Positions 11,001 to 23,300 of a stretch of DNA of 64,000 bases are shown piece by piece. The DNA is from Eledone cirrhosa. Lineage: Eukaryota. The position numbers were made by a program, and so were the translations under genes. The stretch spans positions 367,846,001 through 367,910,000 of the forward strand of contig OZ024742.1 of the NCBI GenBank assembly GCA_964016885.1, in the 5' to 3' direction. How positions within the stretch are numbered: the stretch's first letter is position 1; each line of letters starts with the position of its first letter. The notes below the pieces were generated by a model. The model had not been told where the DNA came from, made no database searches, and worked only from the letters and a program-made list of their open reading frames with translations.

Positions 11001-13677
11001 TGTTGTTTTTATTAGCCACAGGGGCACAAAAGAAGTGGGCAAATACAAAGGGGGAAGTTTACATACAATAAAAACGTGTAAAATACTATCACAAATGCAA
11101 TTTAAAAAACAATCGATTTTCCCCAATAGGGGGAGACATTACATATGGGTAACACATACCCCCGAAAAAATGTGCAACCTTCATCTCCAGGAGTACGAAG
11201 AGTGAGTACTCCTTTCCTCTTTTCCTCTTTTTCCTCAACTTACAGGCTGATATAGAGAGAAGGCCCATTCACTCGGGCCATTCTCGCCACTTTCACCCAC
11301 CTTTCATAAAACTTGCTGGGGTACAGCACCTCTCTCTCCATCCTGGGGTACAGCACCTCTCTCTCCATCCTGGGGTAGAGCACCTCTCTCTCCATCCTGA
11401 TTCTTCTTCCAAAGTGGTATTTGAAAAAAAAGAATCAGTTGTTGGCCGGAGAGAAAGGTGTCTGACCTCAGCCCTTTTAACCTCGTCCACCATACAACCT
11501 CTTTCGCCATAGCTACCACACCGACTTTTGAAGGAGGGTGGTGGTTTGATCATGACAATGGACTCAGTGGTCAACCGGATTGGTCCCACCCGCGACAATA
11601 GTCCTTCTATATAGCCCCACGGGTCGGTAACGCCCGGGCAGTGTACGAATGCGTGCGCGACGGTTTCTTCGTCTCGCACGCATCTCGGACAGATCTTTTT
11701 CGAAAGGTCCCTGCTCGGGCGCCCGTGTCTGTAGAGCTTGTCTCGAACTGCTAGAGCTCCTCGGTAGCACTCCCAGGCCAGGGGTTTTGGAAGTTGTCCA
11801 TCGTCCCGGGCGGAAGGTCCTACCGAACAGACTGGCCAATTCATCTTCCTCTACGCCTAGAGTTTCTCCGAGCGCGTCGTCGCACTTGCTGCGGACCAAC
11901 CCTCTATATAATGACGAAGTGGAGTCTCCACTGATCGCCGGGTCCGCCTGCCAGAGGGCTGTGAGCGCCTGAGCACATTCGATGTGCCAGTCACCCATTT
12001 TCCTCGGTCTTTTCTTGACACAGCACTGCAGCTCGGTCAGCGAGACGAGTCGTGGGAAGGCTCGCCTCACGAACGGGGCCCACACCGGTTGTCCGGTGAG
12101 GAATACGTGGAGGTGCCGCAGTCTGAGCGCGTGTTTGCGCATCGTCAGCCACGGCTTCCCCAGCCCTCCGTTGGAAGGGTGTTGGCAGCAGATGGATCTT
12201 CTCACCAAAGGAGCCTGCTTCTTCCAAAGGAATTGGAAGGGCGCGCGCTCCATTTTGGTGAGCGTTTGGGCTGGACAAGGCACGACGGTCAAGCGGTAGT
12301 AGATGACGGACGCTATAAAAGTGTTCGCCACCTCCGCTCGACCTTTCAAGTATAGTTTTCACTGGGTGAGTGCAAACACCTTGGCCGTCACCTCGTTCCA
12401 GTTCTTCTCCACCTGGAGGTCCTGACCAAACCAGACCCTGAGCAGCTTTACCGGTCCTTCCGTCCAGCGTCCGACGACGGCATCGGAAGGCATCGGTTTG
12501 CCTCTCCACGATCCGAGTTGCAAACCGATGGACTTGTCCCCTCTTCAGCTTCGTTCCTGCGAACCTTTCTTATTCCTCCAGTAAGGTGCCGACTTCCTAG
12601 ATTTGCGAGGTGCTCGACACCATTACTGTCACGTCGACGGCGTAGGCCGACGCCGCATTCCACAGTCCTGGTTCCAGAGGGATGCCCTGCAATAGCTGCA
12701 ACTTCCGCAGTAGTGGCTCGAGAGTCAGAACGTAGAGAAGGGAGGAGAGAGGGCATTCCTATCGGATGGATCGCGTGATATGGAACGGCTCCGAGAGGTA
12801 GCCGTTCACCTTGACCCTTGAGCAGATGTTGCTGCTGTGCATTGCAGCAATCCAGCCCCTGAACAGGGGTCCGAAGCCTGCCGCCTCGAGCACCGCATCC
12901 AGGTAACCCTATCGAAAGCCTTAGACTGATCCAAGTTGATCAGGGCCCCACTCAAGTCGGGTTTACACCCTACCCTCTCTACGATGTATCGCATGAGGTG
13001 GAGGTTGTCGTGTATGGACCTGGTCGGGATTGCGCATGTCTGCGCTTCTCCCACCAGGTTTTCGACGACAAGCACCAGCTTCTTTGCCAAGAACTTGGCC
13101 AAAATCTGTAACTCTGTGTTTAGGAGAGTTATGGGCCGGAGGTTGCCTATGTCATCCCCCTTATTCTCGCCTTCGTGACTAGAGTGACTACGCCCTTGGT
13201 CACAGAGCTGGGAATTCTCCCGTTCTGTTGTCAGTTGCAGTAAACCGCTTCCAAGAGAACAGACAACAAGTCCGGCATTGCTACGTAAAATTCGTAGGGT
13301 AGACCGTCGAGACCTGGAGATTTGAGTTTGCCGCATTGGCTCAGCGCGTCCCCTATCTCAGCGGCCGAAATAGGCCTTTTGCAGAACTTCGCCTCGCTGT
13401 CCGAGAGTCGCGGTAGGCCGTCGAGGTATGGACCGAAATCCATAGCCCCTCCCGGCACGCCACCCTGCCCGAACAGTTGAGCAAAGTGCCGCTGAAAGGC
13501 CGCGCACATCTGCTTCGGCTCACGTATCATGCGTCCGTCCTGGTCCTTCAAAGACCGAATCGTGGACTTGTTGCCACTTTTCGCCTCCGTCGCTCGGGCC
13601 CAGCTAACAGCTTTGGCTCCCTCGTTACCCAGAGCACGTATTTTGCTTCTGAGAACGCAGCCCTCGTGCTTTGCGTA
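11001..13677 (-). mobile_element. 5'-truncated, frameshifted Tx1/L1-clade LINE (RT domain, C-terminal Cys/His motif, 3' UTR)
   Basis: Minus-strand ORF pieces: KSPGLDGLPYEFY, NLRPITLLNTELQILAK, LINLDQSKAFDRV, KGRAEVANTFIASVIYYRL, WECYRGALAVRDKL..CPRC..ETVAHAFVHC. AATAAA lies just before a TATC-repeat tail. Confidence 0.92.
11316..11396. repeat. 3 x 27-bp tandem repeat inside Tx1 ORF2 C-terminal region
   Basis: CTGGGGTA(C/G)AGCACCTCTCTCTCCATC three times; the homologous segment of the second Tx1 (about 61588-61615) is single copy. Confidence 0.95.
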
Positions 13678-13697
13678 GACAGACAGAGTGATAGATA

Positions 13698-13778
13698 TGT
13701 TTCTTTATTTGTCACAAGGGTGCACAATAAAAGGGACATTACAAGACGTGACGTCGGGTGTTGTACGTAACAAATGTT
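13698..13778 (-). mobile_element. 81-bp 3'-end stub of Tx1-type LINE with 12-bp TSD
   Basis: TGTTTCTTTATTTGTCACAAGGG terminus; GAGTGATAGATA at 13686-13697 and 13779-13790. Confidence 0.75.
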
Positions 13779-13782
13779 GAGT

Positions 13783-13831
<49 letters not shown>

Positions 13832-13916
13832 TAGATAGATAGTAGATAGATAGATAGATAGTAGATAGATAGTAGATAGATAGTAGATAGATAGATAGAT
13901 AGTAGATAGATATAGA
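13783..13916. repeat. (GATA)n microsatellite with GTA interruptions
   Basis: Directly visible. Confidence 0.95.
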
Positions 13917-14129
13917 CATATATGCCAAAAGTTCCATCGTTGGCATCTAGAGTAAGGACCAGATACTGAATTAGCTTGAGGTTCAAGAATTCCCAGCTTT
14001 GCAATATGCTGCCAAACCTGAGAGTCCTACATGTGGTGGGTGGAGATATTTTGGAGAAGAATCTCGACATTCTGCTATATAAGATGAACAAGATGACATG
14101 GTGTACAAGTATCAACAGTGACATATCCA

Positions 14130-14320
14130 TCAATAATCCAGAGCTCTTTTTGATTTCGATGTGTCTAACACACGTGGGCATGCCAACAAAGTCAGAAAAC
14201 AGCACAGCTCCCATGATTTTCGGAAACATTTTTTCACGTTCAGAGTTGCTGAATCAAGGAACAAACTACCTGCATCGGTTGTTAGCTGACGAGACACTGC
14301 ATCCTTTAAAACCTCCATGG
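14130..14320 (+). mobile_element. CR1-group LINE ORF2 C-terminal fragment; founder of satellite B
   Basis: Frame starting 14161 reads VSNTRGHANKVRKQHSSHDFRKHFFTFRVAESRNKLPASVVS*RDTASFKTSM, matching the CR1-type C-terminal signature TRGH..K......R..FF..RV...WN.LP..VV......FK. Confidence 0.88.
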
Positions 14321-17300
14321 AACAAACTACCTGCATCAGTTATTAGCTGCCGAGACACTACATCCTTTAAAACCTCCATGGAACAAACTACCTGCATCAG
14401 TTCTCAGCTGCCGAGAAACTACATCCTTTAAAACCTCCATGGAACAAACTACCTGCATCAGTTGTTAGCTGCCGAGACACTACATCCTTTAAAACCTCCA
14501 TGGAATAAACTACCTGCATCAGTTGTTACCTGCCAAGACACGGCATCCTTTAAAACCTCCATGGAATAAACTACCTGCATCAGTTGTTACCTGCCAAGAC
14601 ACGGCATCCTTTAAAACCTCCATGGAACAAACTACCTGCATCAGTTCTTAGTTGCCGATACACTGCATCCTTTAAAACCTCCATGGAACAAACTACCTGC
14701 ATCAGTTATTAGCTGCCGAGACACTACATCCTTTAAAACCTCCATGGAATAAACTACCTGCATCAGTTGTTAGCTGTCGAGACACAGCATCCATTAAAAC
14801 TTCTATGGAACAAACTACCTGCATCAGTTGTTAGCTGCCGAGACACTGCATTCTTTAAAACCTCAATGGAACAAACGACCTGCATGAGTTCTTATCTGCC
14901 GAGACACTCCATTGTTTAAAAACCCATGGAACAATCTACCTGCATCAGTTGTTAGCTGTCGAGATACAGCATCCTTTAAAAGCTCCATGGAACAAACTAC
15001 CTGCATCAGTGCTTAGCAGCCGAGAAACTCCATTGTTTAAAAACCCATGGAACAAACTACCTGCATCAGTTGTTAGTTGCCGAGACACTGCATCCTTTAA
15101 AACCTCTATGGAACAAACTTCCTGCATCAGTTGTTAGCTGTCGAGACACAGCATCCTTAAAACCTCCATGGAACAAACTACCTGCATCAGTTGTTAGCTG
15201 TCGAGACACTCCATCGTTTAAAACCTCCATGGAACAAACTTCCTGCATCAGTTGTTAGCTGCTGAGACACAGCATCCTTTAAACCCTCCATTGAACAAAC
15301 TACTTGCATCAGTTATTAGCTCCCGAGAAACTACATCCTTTAAAACCTCCATGGAAGAAACTACCTGCATCAGTTGTTAGCTGCCGAGACACAGCATCCT
15401 TTAAAACCTCCATGGAACAAACTACCTGCATCAGTTGTTAGCTGTCGAGACACAGCACCCTTTAAAACCTCCATGGAACAAACTACCTGCATCAGTTATT
15501 AGCTGTCGAGACACAGCACCGTTTAAAACCTCCATGGAACAAACTACCTGCATCAGTTGTTAGCTGCCGAGACACAGCATCCTTTAAAACCTCCATGGAA
15601 CAAACTACCTGCATCAGTTGTTAGCTGTCGAGACACAGCACCCTTTAAAACCTCCATGGAACAAACTACCTACATCAGTTGTTAGCTGTCGAGACACAGC
15701 ACCCTTTAAAACCTCCATGGAACAAACTACCTGCATCAGTTGTTAGCTGCCGAGACACAGCACCCTTTAAAACCTCCATGGAACAAACTACCCGCATCAG
15801 TTGTTAGCTGTCGAGACATAGCACCCTTTAGAACCTCAATGAAACAAACTACCTGCATCAGTTGTTAGCTGTCGAGACACTACATCCTTTAAAACATCCA
15901 TGGAACAAACTACCTGCATCAGTTGTTAGCTTCCGAGACACAGCACCCTTTAAAACCTCCATGGAACAAACTACCTGCATCAGTTCTTAGCTGTCGAGAC
16001 ACAGCATCCTTTAAAATATCCATGGAACAAACTAACTGCATCAGTTGTTAGCTTTCGAGACGCAGCATCCTTTAAATCCTCATGGAACAAACTACCTGCC
16101 TCAGTTATTAGCTGCCGAGACACTACATCATTTAAAACCTCCATGGAACAAACTACCTGCATCAGTTGTTAGCTGTCGTGACACTACATCCTTTAACACC
16201 TCGATGTAACAAACTATCTGCATCAGTTGTTAGATGCCGAGACACTGGACCCTTTAAAACCTCCATGGAACAAACTACCTGCACCAGTTGTTAGCTGTCG
16301 AGACACTGCATCCTTTAAAACCTCCATGGAACAAACTACCTGCATCAGTGGTGAACTGTCGAGAAACAGCATACTTTAAAACCCCATGGAACAAGCTACC
16401 TGCATCAGTTGTTAGCTGTCCAGATACAGCATCCTTTAAAACCACCATGGAAGAAACTACCTGCATCAGTTGTTACCTGCCAAGACACGGCATCCTTTAA
16501 AACCTCCATGGAACAAACTACCTGCATCAGTTGTTAGCTGACGAGACACTCCATCGTTTAAAACCGCCATTGAACAAACTACCTGCATCAGTTGTTAGCT
16601 ACCGAGACACAGCATCCTTTAAAGCCTCCATGGAACAAACTACCTGCATCAGTTGTTAGCTGCCGGGACACTACATCCTTTAAAACCTCCATTGAACAAA
16701 CTACCTGCATCAGTTGTTAGATGCCGAGACACTATATCCTTTAAAACCTCCATGGAACAAACTACCTGCATCAGTTGTTAGCTGCCGATACACTGCATCC
16801 TTTAAAACCTCCATGGAACAAACTACCTGCATCAGTTCTTAGCTGCCTAGACACTACATTCTTTAAAACCTCCATGGAACAAACTACCTGCATCAGATGT
16901 TAGCTGCCGAGACACTACATCCTTTAAAACCTCCATGGAACAAACTACCTGCATCAGTTGTTAGCTGCCGGGACACTACATCCTTTAAAACCTCCATGAA
17001 ACAAACTACCTGCATCAGTTGTTAGCTGCCGAGACACAGCATCCTTTAAAGCCTCCATGGAACAAACTACCTGCATCAGTTGTTAGCTGACGAGACACTA
17101 GCCGTCGACACACAGCATCCTTTAAAACCTCCATGGAACAAACTAGCTGCATCAGTTGTTAGCTGTCGAAACACTTCATTCTTTAACACCTCGATGGAAC
17201 AAACTACCTGCATCAGTTGTAAGCTGTCGAGACACTGCACACTTTAAAACCTCCATGGAACAAACTAGCTACATCAGGTGTTAGCTGTCGAGACACTACA

Positions 17301-20300
17301 TCCTTTAACACCTCGATGGAACAAACTACCTGCATCAGTTGTTAGCTGTCGAGACACTGCACCCTTTAAAACCTCCATGGAACAAACTACCTGCATTAGT
17401 TGTTTTATGTCCAGATACAGCATCCTTTAAAACCTCCATGGAACAAACTACCTGCATCAGTTGTTAGCTGTCGAGAGACTGCATCCTTTAAAACCTCTAC
17501 GGAACAGATTAACTTCATCAGTTGTTAGTTGCGATATATTGCATCCTTTAAAACCTCCATGGAACAAACTACCTGCATCAGTTGTTAGCTGCCGAGACAC
17601 TACATTCTTTAAAACCTCCATGGAACAAACTAACTGCATCAATTGTTAACTGCCGAGACACAGTATCCTTTAAAACCTCCATGGAACAAACTACCTGCAT
17701 CAGTTGTTAGCTGTCGAGACACTGCATCCTTTAAAGCCTCCATGGAACAAACTACCTGCATCAGTTGTTAGCTGCCGAGACACTGCATCCTTTAAAACCT
17801 CCATGGAACAAACTACCTGCATCATTTCTTTTATGTCCAGATACAGCATCCTTTAAAACCTCCATGGAACAAACTACCTGCATCAGTTGTTAGATGTCGA
17901 GAGACTGCATCCTTTAAAACCTCTACGGAACAGATTAACTTCATCAGTTGTTAGTTGCGATATATTGCATCCTTTAAAACCTCCATGGAACAAACTACCT
18001 GCATCAGTTGTTAGCTGCCGAGACACTACATCCTTTAAAACCTCCATGGAACAAACTACCTGCATCAGTTTTTAGCTGTCGAGACACAGCATCCTTTAAA
18101 ACATCCATGGAACAAACTACTTGCATCAGTTCTTAGCTGCCGAGACACTCCAACGTTTAAAATCTCCATGGAACAAACTTCCTGCATCAGTTGTTAGCTG
18201 CCGAGACACAGCATCCTTTAAACCCTCCATTGAACAAACTACTTGCATCAGTTATTAGCTCCCGAGAAACTACATCCTTTAAAACCTCCATGGAACAAAC
18301 TACCTGCATCAGTTGTTAGCTGCCGAGACACAGCATCCTTTAAAACCTCCATGGAACAAACTAACTGCATCAGTTGGTAGCTGTCGAGACACAGCACCCT
18401 TTTAAACCTCCATGGAACAAACTACCTGCATCAGTTATTAGCTGTCGAGACACAGCACCGTTTAAAACCTCCATGGAACAAACTACCTGCATCAGTTGTT
18501 AGCTGCCGAGACACAGCATCCTTTAAAACCTCCATGGAACAAACTACCTGCATCAGTTGTTAGCTGTCGAGACACAGCACCCTTTAAAACCTCCATGGAA
18601 CAAACTACCTGCATCAGTTGTTAGCTGTCGAGACACAGCACCCTTTAAAACCTCCATGGAACAAACTACCTGCATCAGTTGTTAGCTGTCGAGACACAGC
18701 ACCCTTTAAAACCTCCATGGAACAAACTACCTGCATCAGGTGTTAGCTGTCGAGACACTACATCCTTTAAAACATCCATGGAACAAACTACCTGCATCAG
18801 TTGTTAGCTGTCGAGACACAGCATCCTTTAAAACCTCCATGGAACAAACTACCTGCATCAGTTGTTAGCTGTCGAGACACAGCACCCTTTAAAACATCCA
18901 TGGAACAAACTAACTGCATCAGTTGTTAGCTGTCGAGACACTACATCCTTTAAAACATCCATGGAACAAACTACCTGCATCAGTTGTTAGCTGTCGAGAC
19001 ACAGCATCCTTTAAAACCTCCATGGAACAAACTACCTGCATCAGTTGTTAGCTGTCGAGACACAGCACCCTTTAAAACCTCCATGGAACAAACTACCTGC
19101 GTCAGTTGTTAGCTGTCGAGACACTACATCCTTTAAAACATCCATGGAACAAACTACCCGCATCAGTTGTTAGCTGTCGAGACACAGCACCCTTTAAAAC
19201 CTCCATGGAACAAACTACCTGCATCAGTTGTTAGCTGTCGAGACACTACATCCTTTAAAACATCTATGGAACAAACTACCTGCATCAGTTGTTAGCTGTC
19301 GAGACACAGCACCCTTTAAAACATCCATGGAACAAACTAACTGCATCAGTTGTTAGCTGTCGAGACACTACATCCTTTAAAACATCTATGGAACAAACTA
19401 CCTGCATCAGTTGTTAGCTGTCGAGACACAGCACCCTTTAAAACATCCATGGAACAAACTAACTGCATCAGCTGTTAGCTTTCGAGAAACAGCATCCTTT
19501 AAAACCTCCATGGAACAAACTACCTGCCTCAGTTATTAGCTGCCGAGACACTACATCCTTTAAAACCTCCATGGAACAAACTACCTGCATCAGTTGTTAG
19601 CTGTCGAGACACTGCATCCTTTAAAACCTCCATGGAACAAACTAGCTGCATCAGTTGTTAGCTGCCGAGACACAGCATCCTTTAAAATCTCCATAGAACA
19701 AACTACCTGCATCAGTTGTTAGCTGCCGAGACACTGCATCCTTTAAAACCTCCATGGAACAAACTACCTGCATCATTTCTTTTATGTCCAGATACAGCAT
19801 CCTTTAAAACCTCCATGGAACAAACTACCTGCATCAGTTGTTAGATGTCGAGAGACTGCATCCTTTAAAACCTCTACGGAACAGATTAACTTCATCAGTT
19901 GTTAGTTGCGATATATTGCATCAGTTATTACCTCCCGAGAAACTACATCCTTTAAAACCTCCATGGAACAAACTACCTGCATCAGTTGTTAGCTGCCGAG
20001 ACACAGCATCCTTTAAAACCTCCATGGAACAAACTACCTGCATCAGTTGTTAGATGTCGAGACACAGCACCCTTTTAAACCTCCATGGAACAAACTACCT
20101 GCATCAGTTATTAGCTGTCGAGACACAGCACCCTTTAAAACCTCCATGGAACAAACTACCTGCATCAGTTGTTAGCTGCCGAGACACAGCATCCTTTAAA
20201 ACCTCCATGGAACAAACTACCTGCATCAGTTGTTAGCTGTCGAGACACAGCACCCTTTAAAACCTCCATGGAACAAACTACCTGCATCAGTTGTTAGCTG

Positions 20301-23300
20301 TCGAGACACAGCACCCTTTAAAACCTCCATGGAACAAACTACCTGCATCAGTTGTTAGCTGTCGAGACACAGCACCCTTTAAAACCTCCATGGAACAAAC
20401 TACCTGCATCAGTTGTTAGCTGTCGAGACACAGCACCCTCTAAAACCTCCATGGAACAAACTACCTGCATCAGTTGTTAGCTGTCGAGACACTACATCCT
20501 TTAAAACATCCATGGAACAAACTACCTGCATCAGTTGTTAGCTGTCGAGACACAGCATCCTTTAAAACCTCCATGGAACAAACTACCTGCATCAGTTGTT
20601 AGCTGTCGAGACACAGCACCCTTTAAAACCTCCATGGAACAAACTACCTGCGTCAGTTGTTAGCTGTCGAGACACTACATCCTTTAAAACATCCATGGAA
20701 CAAACTACCTGCATCAGTTGTTAGCTGTCGAGACACAGCACCCTTTAAAACCTCCATGCAACAAACTACCTGCATCAGTTGTTAGCTGTCGAGACACAGC
20801 ACCCTTTAAAACCTCCTTGGAACAAACTACCTGCATCAGTTGTTAGCTGTCGAGACACTACATCCTTTAAAACATCTATGGAACAAACTACCTGCATCAG
20901 TTGTTAGCTGTCGAGACACAGCACCCTTTAAAACCTCCATGGAACAAACTACCTGCATCAGTTGTTAGCTGTCGAGACACAGCACCCTTTAAAACCTCCA
21001 TGGACCAAACTACCTGCATCAGTTGTTAGCTGTCGAGACACTACATCCTTTAAAACATCCATGGAACAAACTACCTGCATCAGCTGTTAGCTGTCGAGAC
21101 ACAGCATCCTTTAAAACCTCCATGGAACAAACTACCTGCATCAGTTGTTAGCTGTCGAGACACAGCACCCTTTAAAACCTCCATGGAACAAACTACCTGC
21201 ATCAGTTGTTAGCTGTCGAGACACAGCACCCTTTAAAACATCCATGGAACAAACTAACTGCATCAGTTGTTAGCTGTCGAGACACAGCACCCTTTAAAAC
21301 ATCCATGGAACAAACTAACTGCATCAGTTGTTAGCTGTCGAGACACAGCACCCTTTAAAACATCCATGGAACAAACTACCTGCATCAGTTGTTAGCTGTC
21401 GAGACACAGCACCCTTTAAAACATCCATGGAACAAACTAACTGCATCAGTTGTTAGCTGTCGAGACACAGCACCCTTTAAAACATCCATGGAACAAACTA
21501 ACTGCATCAGTTGTTAGCTGTCGAGACACAGCACCCTTTAAAACATCCATGGAACAAACTAACTGCATCAGTTGTTAGCTGTCGAGACACAGCACCCTTT
21601 AAAACATCCATGGAACAAACTAACTGCATCAGTTGTTAGCTGTCGAGACACAGCACCCTTTAAAACATCCATGGAACAAACTACCTGCATCAGTTGTTAG
21701 CTTTCGAGACACTGCATCCTTTAAATCCTCTTGGAACAAACTACCTGCCTCAGTTATTAGCTGCCGAGACACTACATCCTTTAACACCTCGATGTAACAA
21801 ACTATCTGCATCAGTTGTTAGATGCCGAGACACTGGACCCTTTAAAACCTCCATGGAACAAACTACCTGCATCAGTTATTAGCTCTCGTGACACTACATC
21901 CTTTAACACCTCGATGTAACAAACTATCTGCATCAGTTGTTAGATGCCGAGACACTGGACCCTTTAAAACCTCCATGGAACAAACTACCAGCACCAGTTG
22001 TTAGCTGCCGAGACACTACATCCTTCAAATCCTCCATGGAACAAACTACCTTTATCAGTGGTGAACTGTCGAGAAACAGCATACTTTAAAACCCCATGGA
22101 ACAAGCTACCTGCATCAGTTGTTAGCTGCCGAGACACAGCATCCTTTAAAACATCCATGGAACAAACTACCTGCATCAGTTGTTAGCTGTCGAGACACAG
22201 CATCCTTTAAAACATCCATGGAACAAGCTACCTGCATCAGTTGTTAGCTGCCGAGACACAGCATCCTTTAAAACATCCATGGAACAAACTACCTGCATCA
22301 GTTGTTAGCTGTCGAGACACTGCACCCTTTTAAACCTCCATGGAACAAACTACCTGCATCAGTTATTAGCTGTCGAGACACAGCACTCTTTAAAACCTCC
22401 ATGGAACAAACTACCTGCATCAGTTGTTAGCTGCCGAGACACAGCATCCTTTAAAATCTCCATAGAACAAACTACCTGCATCAGTTGTTAGCTGTCGAGA
22501 CACAGCACCCTTTAAAACCTCCATGGAACAAACTACCTGCATCAGTTATTAGCTGTCGACACACAGCACCCTTTAAAACCTCCATGGAACAAACTACCTG
22601 CCTCAGTTGTTAGCTGCCGAGACACAGCATCCTTTAAAATCTCCATAGAACAAACTACCTGCATCAGTTGTTAGCTGTCGAGACACAGCACCCTTTAAAA
22701 CCTCCATGGAACAAACTACCTGCATCAGTTGTTAGCTGTCGAGACACAGCACCCTTTAAAACCTCCATGGAACAAACTACCTGCATCAGTTGTTAGCTGT
22801 CGAGACACAGCACCCTTTAAAACCTCCATGGAACAAACTACCTGCATCAGTTGTTAGCTGTCGAGACACAGCACCCTTTAAAACCTCCATGGAACAAACT
22901 ACTTGCATCAGTTGTTAGCTGTAGAGACACTACATCCTTTAAAACATCCATGGAACAAACTACCTGCATCAGTTGTTAGCTGTCGAGACACAGCATCCTT
23001 TAAAACCTCCATGGAACAAACTACCTGCATCAGTTGTTAGCTGTCGAGACACAGCACCCTTTAAAACATCCATGGAACAAACTAACTGCATCAGTTGTTA
23101 GCTGTCGAGACACTACATCCTTTAAAACATCTATGGAACAAACTACCTGCATCAGTTGTTAGCTGTCGAGACACAGCATCCTTTAAAACCTCCATGGAAC
23201 AAACTACCTGCATCAGTTTGTTAGCTGTCGAGACACAGCACCCTTTAAAACCTCCATGGAACAAACTACCTGCATCAGTTGTTAGCTGTCGAGGCACTAC

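Noticed and set aside
9021-11126. YI/HT/CV/LS-rich ORFs
   Set aside because: Translations of dinucleotide microsatellites; the same applies to 50643-53537 and 58434-58977.
11649-13770. Plus-strand ORFs over the Tx1 element (also 61375-63985)
   Set aside because: Antisense shadows of a GC-rich LINE ORF2, with no recognisable motifs.
13705-14431. 174-aa (-) and 151-aa (+) ORFs as host genes
   Set aside because: They are chimeras of microsatellite, unique spacer, off-frame CR1 fragment and satellite. The meaningful frame is the one starting at 14161; 13925-14125 remains unassigned.
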